From Takakia lepidozioides (Eukaryota > Plantae > Bryophyta): a DNA stretch of 64,000 bases. Positions 48,079 through 61,380 of the stretch are shown one piece after another. The position numbers and the translations under genes were made by a program. Within the stretch, counting starts at the first letter, position 1. The number at the start of each line of letters is the position of its first letter. The stretch is from NCBI GenBank assembly GCA_030704615.1, contig CM060731.1:89280001-89344000 (forward strand). Reading direction: 5' to 3'. The notes below the pieces were generated by a model. The model had not been told where the DNA came from. It was given only the letters and a program-made list of their open reading frames with translations, and ran no database searches.

Positions 48079-49580
48079 CTACTCCTCAGGAACAAAGACT
48101 CTCTTGTCAATATTTGAACTCAGGTCATCCACTTGAGTTTGCAGGCCTTCCACATCCTCCTGTAGCTCCGCTATCCTACTATAGACATTGTCTATAGTAA
48201 TTGTGGCAATGTTCTGCACCTGCAATCTGAGCTCATTCATCTCGCCCTGGGTGAGCTTCCTTGGTGCTTTGCCTTCTACCGGCCCTTGTGCTAACCAGAC
48301 CTGCATAAGGTGGTTATCCACCAAGTCCTGTGTGACACCCCTGAGAGTCTACTCTTCCGTGAGTCTGTACACATCTAACTGCTGCTGTAAAGCCTCCATG
48401 CGCTTCGCATGAGGTTCAATCAGGCCCGCATAGGCAGCAGCCAGATTATTGGCTTCCTTCCAAGTTTTGTTAGCCACAGAGAGTTCATTTATATTGACCA
48501 TGACTGTTTGTTGCAACTCCAGGATGTACCTCTCTTGGTCAGCCTCAACCTGTCTGTACTGTTGGAAAGTATTCTCATTGCGACAGATTGTAGCCTGCAA
48601 ATCAACAATGAGTTTCCCTTGCTTTATTATCTCAGCTTCTGCCATCATACATCTCTCCCCTTGTATGTTAACTTCTAATGCAGTTTGCTCTAGAGCAGTT
48701 GTGAGTGTAGCACATTGTATGGTCATCCTCTGATGTACTGCCTCCAACTCTGTATGTAGTACGTTCACTTCTTGCAACTTGCCCTCATGCTTCACCTGCA
48801 ATTGGTATAACTGTTGCTTATGTGCTTCATGCAACTGGTCCTACTCGAGACCTGTTTCAATCAAATGTCCCTTAGCCAACTGCAATGCAGCCTTTGTGTC
48901 CTCCAACTCTTGCTGTAACTTGAGATTGATCTCCGCATCTACCTTGTTAGCACACTCAGTGGCAATTCGAGTCTCAAACTCCTTCCTGAGTTCCTCCCTC
49001 AAAGCTGCCAATTGGGTAGATGGAACATGGGATTTCACATAAGTGCCCAACAAATTGAGTGTCCTGCTTATGGAACTCATAAGCATGGCCTGCTGGGGGT
49101 CATCATGGGGAACTTGCTGCTGTTCTCCCTGATCCTCTACAGTGTGATGCTTCACCAACCATTCAGGCCATTGCCCCACCAGATCCTCTTCCTGAACCAC
49201 CTCATCCTCCACAGGTGCTGCAGTGTCCTTATATTCTACCCCTGGTACCTCCGTCACAGGTATGGGTATTATATGCACAGCAGGGAGATCCCTGGACAAA
49301 CTCTGCACCTCTGGAACCACTGATTCCCTTACCAAGCCAGAGTTTTCATAGAGAAGGTCACCCTTCTCAATTTCTGCCACGGCCTGCTCTGTAGTGGGAA
49401 TGTCCAACATTTCTCCGTCCAAAACAATTGGGGGTGGTGTCACAACATATTCTAACTGTGGAACCTCTGAGACAACTGAGTCAACTGGCTGTGATGGCTG
49501 TGGTACCGAAGTGACTTCTTCTTCCCTCTCCAAAGGCCGTGCTTCCAATAATAACAGCCCTCTGTGCTGCTGTGCCCCAT
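48079..49580 (-). pseudogene. Retrotransposon accessory ORF with coiled coil, copy 2
   Basis: Shares AEIEKGDLLYENSG, AMLMSSISRTLNLLGTYVKSHVPSTQLAALREEL and ECANKVD with 16485-17090. One frame with TAG stops at 48841 and 48349. Confidence 0.6.
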
Positions 49581-49601
49581 CCTGCACACACCATGCACCT
49601 A

Positions 49602-50387
49602 GATTCTGGAGGGTCGAGATGGCATGGTATAGAAGGACCATGTGTGTAATTGTGCGCCATGTCACCTTCCACATGTGGATGGGAGGATAGATCCCAACCT
49701 TGCAGTGGCACCTACAGGATTGCGTTGCATGCTATGTGGGCATGCTCGTGGTGCCGCCACTATGCTGGTGTGTGATCGATGCTCAAGAGGTTGGCACATG
49801 GGATGCTTGACATCACCTCTTGAGAGGGTTCCTGATGGAGATTGGTTATGTCCACACTGCTTGGGATATTGGCAGTGGATATGACTTGTGGCAGCTCACA
49901 AGACATGGGAGGCCAAGCTCATATGAGTCAATACCCAAGATCTCAGGCTCAAGTTCACAAGTTGCAAGACGGCGACTAACGATGGGGCAACTCTTGTACT
50001 CGGCCTCTTGATCTATTGAGTTTGAGTGTAGTAGGGACAATGGTGGAGGACCTAGTGAGGCTATGGCCACTATCACATCTTGTGGCTACCTGGACTTAGA
50101 GGGACCTAAGCGCCAGCTAGGGGGGCGATTGTGATGGACTAGTGGCAGCCTAGTGATGGACTAGTGGCTGCACTAGTGGTGGCTAGTGGCAACCTAGTGG
50201 TTGGACTAGTGGCTGCACTAGTGTTGGCTAGTGGCAGCCTAGTGGTGGACTAGTGGTTGCCTAGTTGCAGCCTAGTGGTGCACTAGAGTGGTGGACTAGT
50301 GATAGACTAGTGTTTGGTGTACACATGTATGTGTTGTGTGGTTTTGGACAGCGATGTAGTTGTGTAGCGATATGTATGCGCACGACA
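49602..50387 (+). mobile_element. 3' end of DNMT-gypsy copy 3: integrase tail, PHD finger, PPT, terminal segment
   Basis: CMLC..CDRC..HMGC..WLCPHC (ORF 49642-49884); AGGGGGG tract; TG...GCACGACA segment at 50130-50387. Confidence 0.92.
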
Positions 50388-51589
50388 CATCGTACATTAA
50401 GAAAAAGCCACACCTTGCGATTGCGGTTGTCGCACCATCGTGAAGGATCTTTAAAAAACTCATGTCAGCTCTGCTCCGTGCTGCAAATTCAGGGCTGAGT
50501 CTGATGAGAGGGCAAAATAGGCTGAAATAGGTCGAAGAAGAAGGTGCCCTCACCACATTGTCCTCGACCTTGTGTCATGACCCATCGAGGATTTGACTGA
50601 CCACCTCTTGTGTGTGCTGCTTGTGTCAGTAGTCAGGTAATGTCGGATTGGTCGCGAGAACCACCATGGTGCAGCTGAGCGGGCGGAGATTGAAACATGG
50701 CCTGCAAAACGATCAAGTCCCATAACTTACTCATCGCTGAACGTAATCCCGCAACCCTAAATCCATTTTGAATTATTTGGATGAATGTATCGTACATGGA
50801 TGGATTTTAGGTTTTCCATCCATCCATCCATTTGAGTTTACTAGTTCATCCATCCATTCTAATTTCATCCATTCATGTTTAAGTGAGTTTCAGTGTCAGT
50901 TGACTACAACTAACTACTGTCGATAATGTAGTTATTTTATTTGACTATCCCTAACCAACAAACGTCAGGTCAGTGAAATTCTAGTGAAAGTATAGTCAAA
51001 CTTTTTACTACTTATTTATCCATATTAATATATAAATAATAAATATGCTGCAGATACACGTGTCATGGTTTAAATGGTTATGTCAGTCAGTTGATTTAGG
51101 GCATCCAGTGCACAAAATAAATAAATAAAATCATACGTTCGTCCAATAGCTGCCAACAAGGCGTTTGTTTATCATTCGTTCAGATAATTCAGTTGTTTTG
51201 TTTCACTAACCTTGACCAACACATGATAATTAGTTTACTATTAATGTATTGGGTCAGTGAAAAAATAGTTAAATGTTTTTACTTCTTATTATCCACATAT
51301 ATATTGCTATATAATTTATATATTGTGATTACACGTGCCATTGCTTCACTGGTTGTCTCAATCAGCTCATTTTAGGTAGTCAAAGTCTCTCACTACAGTC
51401 CAAATTTTCGCGGTTGTCTAGCATCTCGAATATTTTAATATAAATTTTGATTGCAAAATGGTTGGAACAGTCGAAAGTGACAACAGTCAAAGCCAGCGTC
51501 AAATTAAATCATCGAAATTACATAGGGTGCGTTGTAGTGGTACCTACATGTAATAAGATGTTGACGGCCAGGCGAGTATCATTCAATAA

Positions 51590-52343
51590 GGGCCCTGCCC
51601 CACCTGCAGTTAGACACCCAATAGTTAGTGTCATTTAAGGTTTAGGTGCCCCACTTACAGTTATACTAACTAGCACTCCTAATAGTTAGTGCACCTCACT
51701 AACTGAGATAGAGTAGTTTGTTGTAAAAATTAACGGGTCTGAAATAGGTTCTTTATAAAGCTAACAGGTGCACATGTCCTAGCCACGGTGGCTTGCCGTC
51801 TCCTTGACCATGAGAGAGAGTGTTTCAAGGATTGTGGAGTATCGCGAGAGTGTACTGTCGCGGAGGAGCGTGGAGTAGAGAGACTGGCTGGATTGAGCTT
51901 CATCTACATGCAAGAAGGAGCAGAATGCGCAGTGAAGAGAGTGCGCCCTAATCAAAGACCGTACAGATTTCTCCTCAAATCTGCGTGTGAACCAGTGAAT
52001 GCTCAAGGCGATACAGACAAGGCGGAGGTAGAAAGCTGCAACATAACATAGGGTTCAAGGGCCCTGCTGGTTGTTTCGCTGTATTGCAGGAAGTCTGCCT
52101 CTGTACCATTTTGCGCAGCACAAGGCTTGCATGGAAATATCGCTCTACGTGGCTGAGAATCGCCATACAAATAGGGCACTAACTGAAATCCTAGTGGGGC
52201 ACCAGCACACTTAAGTTATTCAGTTAGTGATTCTCTTATTAGTATTAACTGTGAGTGGGGCACCAAATTCAGTTAAGACTAACTGGGCACCTAATAGTGA
52301 GACACTAACTATTGGGTGCCTAACTGCAGGTGGGGCAGGGCCC
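51590..52343. mobile_element. PIF/Harbinger (Tourist-like) MITE
   Basis: ~43-bp TIRs GGGCCCTGCCCCACCTGCAGTTAG(A/G)CACCCAATAGTTAGTGTC; TAA TSD at 51587-51589 and 52344-52346; no transposase. Confidence 0.9.
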
Positions 52344-52759
52344 TAAGCGTCGATATATTAGATGTACCGGCTGCTTACTTTTGCGAGGTACATTCCAATG
52401 TTGGGTGGGTATGCCACTGATAACATGAGGTTGGGTAGCACATGAGCAGGCGCACGCAAGTTCACGCCTCTGTGCGCCTGCTCACGTGAGCAGAAGAGGA
52501 TATACCGGAAATTCCTAGAATATTCTTAAAAAGATGCGATATCGAAATTAAAATGTGCAATTTGTGCTAACGTGAGCGCAAGCCACACGAAGCTGGGTTA
52601 GTCACCCTATTTCTGTGGATTAGTCACCATATCACCCTAATTTGTTAGCGAAATAAAACAATCTAACGTCGTCTCTTATATGCAAAACCAAACACAATAC
52701 ATTTTGTTTCGCCCACGAAACCATAGGATAATGACCTACACAGCGACACCTAGAAATTT

Positions 52760-52840
52760 TGCTGGCAAAATCCATTATTTCGTTGGCGAAATCCGCTATT
52801 TCGTTGGCAAAACCCATTATTTCGTTGGGAAAATCCATTA
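52760..52840. repeat. 21-bp tandem repeat (~4 copies, TTCGTTGGC(G/A)AAATCC(A/G)TTAT-like)
   Basis: Direct inspection. Confidence 0.8.
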
Positions 52841-55800
52841 CCTTGATTTATTTCGTTAACGAAACCTGTTGTTTGCCTCATTATATTAAATTGTTCAACT
52901 ATTATTTGGTATTTTGTGTGTTTTGGATGGTGTTGGTTGGTTATTGTGACTTTGTTTTTCCCTAATGTGTTATTCTTTTGTAGGATACCAAAGCTGTAGA
53001 TATGTAGAACTTGGAGCTTGTAGATATACATTATGGGTGCATATTTCGCATAAGGGTTTTGGGATTTTATTCCGTTTTGAAAACATATAACTCCTATGGC
53101 CGCGGTTTAAAACCATAAAACCCCCATTACCGTGAGTTTGTGCTTACGTGACAGATGTGTTCACGTTCTACCAACCCCCTGAGAACATGACCTACCGGCC
53201 GGACTTGTCAATATGAAAACCCATTAAAAGCCCCCCAAGCTTGGGCTTATGAGGATATTAAGATTTTTGTTGTCCGAAGGATATGCATAATCCATGCTCA
53301 TTTTTGGTTGCCGGACATGGATATAAAGGGTTTGTTGTTATAGAAGCCCGCCGGTCATGTGTAAGGGAAAATCATGAATTTTATTTAAAATATATATTTT
53401 AAAAAATGAGTCCAACTTCTCTTTGAAAACATTTTGGGCCACCCTAAAAGTATGACGCCTCCCGAAGGGACCGTAACTTATGGTGTCACTTCACTACAAG
53501 GGCTACTGCCTTCCAGCTAAAAGGTGGACACCTTCATGACACACCATACCGTGGTTTGAACCCACAACCACATCCAACGTGATGTGCCCATTACCACTCG
53601 GCTACATGCTGGTTGTCTTGGGCCACCCTCATCAATATATGACTTTTGTTTTATTTTGTTTGTCACGTTGAGATGTCCCAAACCGCGGCCCAGCCCTGGT
53701 GCTTGGTACCGTTGGAAAGCCCTCGACGAGGAGATGAGGAGGGGTGCACGGGCTTGGTCTCATGATTTTTGGACCCGCATGTGGGAGATGTGGGAATTTC
53801 AAGTACTTTGGGTAGCTGGAAATTCACAAAAAATAACAAAAATAGCAAAATGGGCATTCCTGGGACAATGGTTGGAGCCTAGGCAGGAGAGATATCAAGA
53901 CAAAGGTCTCTAGTTCAAATCTGGTCGTAGGCTCTTTGGAGAAAAAGATATCGCTAAGACGAATTTCAAGTACTTTAGGTTGCTGGACAATGATTGGAGC
54001 CTCGACAGGAGAGATATGAAGGGGAAGGTCTTCGGTTCAAATCAGGTCGTAGGCTCTGTGGAGAAAAAATGATTAGATATGGCTTGCTTCATATATTGAT
54101 GCACTTGGACTTAGATGACATTGGACACTCGGGCCAAGGGCACAAGCTACCCTAGTTTCATTGAAAATCACCAATTGCTCAAGTAGTCACCATCTCCGCC
54201 CTTATTTCGTTAACTATCACTAGTCATCACCAATCATGCCCTCTCTCCTCACTCCACAAGCCCGCCCCCCCCTTCCACACCTCTAATCCGCCTAGGCCGG
54301 GCTTTTGGCAGGCCTCCTGGAGCCCTAACCCGGCTCTGACCTGTGTACCCGCCCAACACTGGTATATTCCATCGGCACAAACGGCTCGAATCTAAGCAGT
54401 GCACAGCGTGTGAATGAGAGTAGGTGTTAGTAACGTACGTAGCGGACATGCTGTGCAGGTGCCACGCGGGCCCAGTGCATATCAATGCTTGCAAAACACG
54501 AGAAACAGGGCGGATACTATGTGTCGACTTACTGTGCTCCCACATGTGCACAGCCCTGTTGAGAATCTCCATACCCGGACCCACAAAGTCTTGTTGCACC
54601 ATAGCTGTCCGCTTGCGCTGCATGTACCAACCGTCCTTATATTCAACGATCAGAACCGCTCCTCGGGTATGTGTAAACAATGTCAACTTCGTGTGTTTAG
54701 AAGCTTCGTGTGTTGCTTAGGTAGAGTCGTTTTGAAGCGGTCAAAAGTTCTTCAGATCGACAGGCGGGAACGTAAACTTGAAGTGAGAGATGAACCTATT
54801 TTTTTAGTATGACGGCACCGTTTCAATCATGTTCAGATCCAATCTGATGTGATGACGGCGCGCCCATGCATCTCCATTTCTAGACTGATTTACTCCACTG
54901 ATTTGGTAGAAGTGCTGTATCTACACATACAGCTAAATCTCTCAGGAGATACTCTTGCCGGGACTAGCGAGCAATTATGGCGGAATGTACGGTTTTATCA
55001 TCCTGGACTTCTATGACTCTCCTTTCCTTAAGGGGAACAAGTGACCCCTGTTTGTTACTACAACTGTATGCGACGAAAAAAGTTCAAGTGCATACACGAT
55101 GTGTCGTCCAAGCTGTAGGGAGGTTCTGATCCTCTCTCATGTTAGATCCCTTAATCGTACCTCGACACTCCCAAAGCTCAAGTCATTATAGAGGTCGAGG
55201 AAAATCTGGAGTGTCGGTTTCATCTAGAACAGGGACTTCTAAGCTTATAAGTGTGCAGACAGGACCACTTTTTACCCCAATCAAGCTGTTCTCAGCATCC
55301 AAAAGATGCTCATGTGCATTCTCAGCCATGCATGCAGGCTGCCCCCACGGGGGAAGAGTGCACAGCAGCACTACCGACAAAATCAGGCGCGCAACACATT
55401 CTCTACTCTGCCATCATGTGCAGGAGTACATGAGTGTGGGCCCAACTTGATCGGAGAGCTTGACCTCTTGGCACCTGTGTCTGCAACCCACCGCCCCTTG
55501 AGTTCTGCTTTGGCCCCCCCACAACATCCCGTGACACTTGACTTGTGGCTAGTCAAGCTTTGACAAATATATTACTTTTCCGAGCACTCGATTTGCTCTC
55601 AGGACTCTCTCTGAAGAAGTTCATGCTCCCAACACTGACTTTCACGGTTTACGGATTTTAGAGCTAGGCTTTGCGATGTACAGGGACTTTATACTTCCTC
55701 CCGTTTCCTTCGCCGGTGGATTCTAGTGATGTTCGCTAATCTCACTCCAGATGTCCCATTCTCTTTGAGCTTTCCGCGAAACACTTCAAGTGGCTTTTTC

Positions 55801-55953
55801 TTGAACCCTTCTTTCTTCTTTTTTCTCATGGATCCTGAGACGCATTCGTCTTCTTTATGGTCTGGATTCAGGTTGTTTCTCCACTCAAGCTACTAGTTTT
55901 TCCCGTGCTTATCAACCTGCATATAAGAGACTTGTAGTTTCTGCGACTTCCGG

Positions 55954-57934
55954 ATGGAAGTTCTAAAGAATATGAAGTCCCAATGGGCTATTCGCGGTTG
56001 CCTTACAATATTCCTTGTGGGCACATTCGTCTTGTTGCAACTCCGGTCCGAGGATTCGAGCGTCGTGAGAAAATCGTCTCTCTCTTCCTATTTCATTTTC
56101 CGGTGGCCAGATTCTCAGAAAGATTGTCGACAATTCCCTCCACCCTTAAACGAAACAGACTCCCACAGCGGTGGATCTAGTCTTTCAACTGTACAATCCT
56201 TCTCCAAAACCCCACCAGATCAAAATTCGTTTCTTCCACGTGAGTACTACGTTCAGCCTGGCAATACCATACGCATTATGAATGTTACGAAGTATTTCAA
56301 AGTTGCCATAGAAGATTCCGAACTTTTACATGCAGCTCAAGATGCCGCAACATACCCGCTGGCTCCAGGAGAACCCCGAATCGCATTTCTGTTTCTTGCC
56401 AGAAGAGAGATACCAGTCCAGCCTCTGTGGGAGAGGTTCTTCAAAAGTGCTCCCAATGAAACGTATTCTATCTATGTTCACTCAAGCCAGGGAGACTACG
56501 ATGTTCCAACCACCTCCATTTTCTACAACCGATCGATACCCAACAAACCTGTTGAACGCTACTCCATCAGTCTCGTTGATGCCATGCGACGGCTCCTGGC
56601 CTTCGCTTTGCTAGACACGGAGTCTCCCAATTTGTGGTTCACATTTGTCTGCGATTCATGCATCCCAATTCGAAGCTTCCCGTACGTGTACAATTATTTC
56701 ATGAAGTCCCGGCACAGTTTTGTGGAAGCGTTTCCTCCATTCAAGTATTATCAGACACAATGGGCCACGGAGCCCGAGTTCAGACCAGACCTACTTCGGA
56801 AAGGGGAGCTATGGATGTCGGTGCACCGGCGACATGCGGGGATGGTAGTGGGAGAGACGATGCTTTATCTGAAGTTCAAGTCCGACTGCGATCCAGGGGT
56901 CCCGTGCACGGTAGACGAGGAATACATTCAAACTATGCTCACTATAGCCGACCCCATGGTAAGTTTCTATCTGCCAGCTGATTTTAGTCACTCCTCCCTA
57001 TCACTGAGAGATTATATTGTTTTCGCATACCTCTAGCTCGTGCAGTGACCTTTGTTATGGACAAGTGTTGAAACAAATATACTAGATCGTGGTGGGTGTG
57101 AGACCAGCTGCACTTTACATGGGCTCGCACTCAACCAGTTGGCGTAGGCACAAAATCAATCCATCCAGAATTCCTCCTGAAACTAAATCCAACTAATGTA
57201 ATTCAATGATAAGGGAAACTGAGAACCCCTTGAGCAATTGTTGATCCTGCACGACAGAACAATTAATTGACATTTTGGATTCACGAAAGACTGACTCAAA
57301 GTGCTCCATCTTGAAAAGTTTCCTGAACTTTTACGGTCTTAGAGCTGAGCAGCCCTGGTTGTTATGTAGGCATGTTATGGTTATGCCAGACTTGTCCGAT
57401 CTTCGAAATGCTCTCTACTGAACGATTAGTCAGTATTCCCTCTGCATTTGATGGAATAGCGTGTTTGCGACCTGAGAGAATGCGCCACAATCTGCAATTT
57501 ACGAAGGGCCAAATTTGCTGGAAACTCGGGAGTAAAGTACTTCAATTAGAGCCGGTCTGGACAGAAAGAAACGAACATTGGAAATTGTGCAAGTGAATTG
57601 CACTGCAGACTCAAATTTTCTGTGATGTTTGCAGGGAATCGCCAATCGGACCGTCATGTACGTTGACTGGTCCAACCCGAAGCACGAAGGTTCTCCCGAG
57701 ACATTCAATTTCACTCGTATCAGTACTGAATTCATTCAAAAGCTTCAACAAAGGACTGAGAATCTGGACGGACAGTACATGGATTCATCACAGGACACCA
57801 ACCATACCCTTCAATCTTGTGTGTATAACGGGAAGCCACACTCACCGTGTTTTCTGTTTGCCCGCAAGTTTCAAGGGCGGAAGGAAGAATTGGATGCGTT
57901 TGATGCAATACCTGCAAGTGTTCTTGGTTACTAG
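55954..57934 (+). CDS. Core-2/I-branching (Branch/DUF266, GT14-like, BC10-like) glycosyltransferase, 2 exons, ~434 aa
   Basis: Exon 1 55954-56958, GT-AG intron 56959-57634, exon 2 57635-57934. N-terminal membrane anchor, PRIAFLFL, LWERFF, YSIYVH, RRLLAFALLD, DSCIP, DEEYIQT, NRTVMYVDWS, CFLFARKF. Confidence 0.93.
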
Positions 57935-58949
57935 GGATTCCCTGGTCTTTCCAAGTGCCCCTCCCGCCGCTGCTTCGGACCCTGACTACTTTGGGGTGAA
58001 AGAGACCTGAACAAGCATTGTATTATCGCATACATGTCATGATATATCTACAGCTCAGGTTTTCATCTATCTCCCATGCTTATACCCCTGGAAGCCTTCC
58101 TTCAAAATTTCGCAAATCCTGACAATGGGACTTCCACACAGTCCCCTGGTTCTTTTCCTGTTTCCCTACAGGTGTCTTAAGTCCCTCATGGGCGGATTGG
58201 ATCCTCCTCAAGAGTCTTTCATATTTTGAGGTCAGCGTCATATCTATGGGTCTGCCCAATTCGATGCGTTCTCGTTTTCTCGGACTAGGGCATGAATAAG
58301 TTGGGACCGATCGAATCTCAAAGGCCCCAAAAGCAAGCGATGGCAGGCGCTACCACCAGCACTCCACGACACGTGATCATCGCCTGCTTCCAAAGTTGGA
58401 AACGAGACAAGTGACTGCGATGATAAGTAGCCCATGATTCTTGCTCCTTCCCATCCGGTAGGGTGATACTTGAAAGGGATTCATGAGGAGAATCTCAAGA
58501 ACGCTACGGAGCTAGAGCTAGCTAAATAATAATTCCCTCTTTATGAGGTTACTGCCTCTGGAGGTGAGAGCTCTCGGACTGGTTCAAGCCATAATTTGTA
58601 ACATATTAGTCACATTGACTATGCTCTATTATCATGAGATTGCCTTGACAGTGAGCTTCAAGAAGAATGTTTGCATCAGGTGACTTACGAACAAAGCAAG
58701 TCTACTCAAATCTCTAGACTCAGATTCCAGCGGCCCAACTTTAGAAAGTTCTCGAGATAATCTTTAAACCATAGCTCTATGATCTTGCATTATCAAACCG
58801 TGGGTATGGGGTGGATTGTGGAAACATGTACACCTACACTTTGTTGTCCTGAATTCTTCCTAGAGTTGGTGGCTGCACCATGTAAGTCATGGTGACATTC
58901 TTTTTAGGATTTTCACAGGAGGAAAGACGATGAGTACTCTATCATACAA

Positions 58950-59530
58950 TCATGCTAACAATGAAACAGAGACAAGGACAGCTTTCAACTTCATATTGGA
59001 GAGACACACTCTTTTGAGAGAGAGATTGAGATTTATTCAATGGCCTGAAGTGCCTACTCAAATACACAAACCTCAACTTTAGATATTTCTATTTGAAATC
59101 CTAGTGCTATTCCTATCTGCATTCCACCTTTCTCTGTCTGTCATGACATGAATAGCAAAAGTATCTAAAAATATCCTACTGAGCTATTCAAGGAGCATCA
59201 GTTACACTGAAGTAAGTGAACAAACACTCTCTTTTGAACCTTCATTGTTCACATAAATATCCTAGCTGCATTCTGCATTGTTCCAACTTCGGTTATGGAA
59301 CATCTTTCGTCAAAATATCAGCTGTCAACTCCTCTGTCTTACAATAATGAAAGACAATATTTTGCGCAAGAATCTTTTGAAAGATTGGGTTTATAACCAA
59401 AGCAAGGCTACCTTGGTTATCGCTCTTGATCGGGGTTGCTTTTGCTTGGATGAAGTTCAGCTCATTCAAGAGCGTTCGCAACCACATCGCCTCCTTTGCA
59501 GCTTGGGTAGCTGAGCATCCAAACTTTTCT
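58950..59530 (-). mobile_element. Ty1/copia remnant (RNase H end, PPT, probable 3' LTR)
   Basis: AAKEAMWLRTLLNEL..IKSDNQGSLALVINP..ADILTK; purine tract AAAAGAGAG followed by TG at ~59226. The LTR end is approximate. Confidence 0.8.
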
Positions 59531-59754
59531 TGCCTCTTGTTCATGCAAGAATCCCTAAGTAAGATTCATGATGACTCACCCAACCTTTTTTTTTTCACCT
59601 CTTCTTCAATAAGAAAACCTCAGTAAGTTTCACAATGACCATTCCATTCTTTCTATACCTCTTTTTTTAAGCGCTATAACTGCTTCCACGACAATTGGAC
59701 CCTCTCTAAACAGAGGACTCGGGTATGGGGCCCGCTTCTTCCTCCACTAAACCC

Positions 59755-59832
59755 CTGGGCTCACACTTAGAGGGCAAAGCGTGAGTCGAGCTCCTGGGCT
59801 CACGCGGCTAGGCTCACGCCGTAGCTGCACTC
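59755..59832. mobile_element. Orphan MULE-family terminus
   Basis: 59812-59832 rc = GAGTGCAGCTACGGCGTGAGC (21 nt, ends GGCGTGAGC like the MULE-A TIR). Preceded by GCTCAC repeats; gypsy coding sequence starts immediately after. Confidence 0.55.
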
Positions 59833-61246
59833 CTGCTCCCAGTGCGGTTTATTGGGAATATAGCGGTGGATCATATGAACATGATGCCCACATTGGCTGC
59901 ATTCTCAGGGATGGTGAGCTCTTGGAGGGCAATGGCCATGCAGATGATAGACCACCACCTGATGAGGACAAACAATTGGCATACAAGGCTGATTTGCTTC
60001 CTCATGTGCATGTTCATATTCCACTGTGGGGTACAGTTGGGAATTTGCATCGAGTAGCAGGCGAGTGTGTGCACCAAGCATGGCAGGAGACCTATCCATT
60101 GGTGAGTGAGGGGAGTTTAGTGACATCACCTGGACCTCCTCAGTTACCTCATTTGGACACAGTGCCCATTACCTGGCAACCACCTGACTCAGGGATTTGT
60201 TTGCTAGACATGTTTGGAGGCATGAGCACTGGGCTTGCAGGAGTGTTACAAGTAGGGATTAAAGTACACAAGTACTTGTATGTGGAGAATGATGAGATAG
60301 CTCGGCGTATTTCTATGCGCCACATCGTCTTGCTCACACACCGGTATCCTGAGTTGTTGCCTCTCTCAGCAATCCAAGGGTATCAAAAGGCCTTGCCAGC
60401 AGACATTACCTTGCTGGGGACGGATGATTTGGACCGGCATGGTGCCATTGACTTGGTGATAGCTGGATAGCCTTGCCAAGGACACTCTCCCACAGGTCAT
60501 GGGAATGACTTGCATGATGCACGATCGCATTTGTTTTGGGAGATGTTGAGAGTGTTGCGTGACTTGTAGACGAGGCAAGTGCAACCTCTATCCTATATCT
60601 TGGAGAATGTTCATCTTATGGGGGACTCTCGGGCTAGAGTTATGGCCAGTGTGCATCAGGTGCGGTCTTAGATTGGATCGGCGGTGCTATTGGATGTAGC
60701 AGTGAGTGGGGACGAGCACCGAATTATGGGGTGCAAACACCCATGGCAGATGTAAGATGAGTTGCGGAAAGAGAGAGTCATTGGATCTCTCAAGCAGCAA
60801 TATGAGGAGTGGGAAGAGCCATACACTGAGGATTAGTTGGAGGCCTGCAAGGTGGCCAATGTTTTTGAAGAGGTTGAGAATGTTTCTTCCCCAGATAATG
60901 TTCTCAAGGTGGCTATGGCGGAGCAAGTGGAGGCTACGCCACGGTCAGGGTGGGCGGATAAGGCCCAAGAGGTTGTTATCTAGCAACCAAAGGGTGCGTC
61001 TCCTACCTCCAAGTCTGGTGTACCCAAGGTTACAGTCACTGAGGACAACTAGGAACCAAATGTTGGACCTACAGTCACCGAAGGAGAGAGATGGAGGATC
61101 CAACGATTTCTAAGGGCTTATAGAAATTGCTTTGCCTTCGGTTTGAAGGATTTGGGGAGTTTGAAGGGCCAGGAGATTCATATTGATGTGGCAAGTGACA
61201 CGTCAATTTTTTGAAGGCCCTACCAGTATAGTGACATAGAGAGGTC
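59833..61246 (+). pseudogene. Divergent DNMT-gypsy fragment (protease end, DNMT N-half, RT start), copy 4
   Basis: ICLLDMFGGMSTGL..DLVIAG*PCQGHS..YILENV, a deletion near 60705, then YRNCFAFGLKDLGSLKGQEI. Confidence 0.9.
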
Positions 61247-61380
61247 ATCCCGGTTATTAGCGTCAGGTCACGTCAGACCTGACGCTGACGGGACCTCCGT
61301 CACATCAGGTTCGGGGAATATTCTGGTAAAAATAATACCAGGTAAAATACTGCCACTTAAGCAGCCACGTCGCCGACACG

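Noticed and set aside
52444-52492. Hairpin GAGCAGGCGCAC..GTGCGCCTGCTC with TGAGC motifs
   Set aside because: May be a MULE-end relic, but no partner end or TSD was found.
53862-54070. Two ~90-bp direct repeats containing GTTCAAATC (B-box-like)
   Set aside because: No cloverleaf or convincing A-box; at most a decayed repeat, not callable as tRNA or SINE.
54249-55563. Several 60-145 aa ORFs upstream of the glycosyltransferase
   Set aside because: No recognisable motifs or paralogue support; likely promoter/UTR or decayed repeat.
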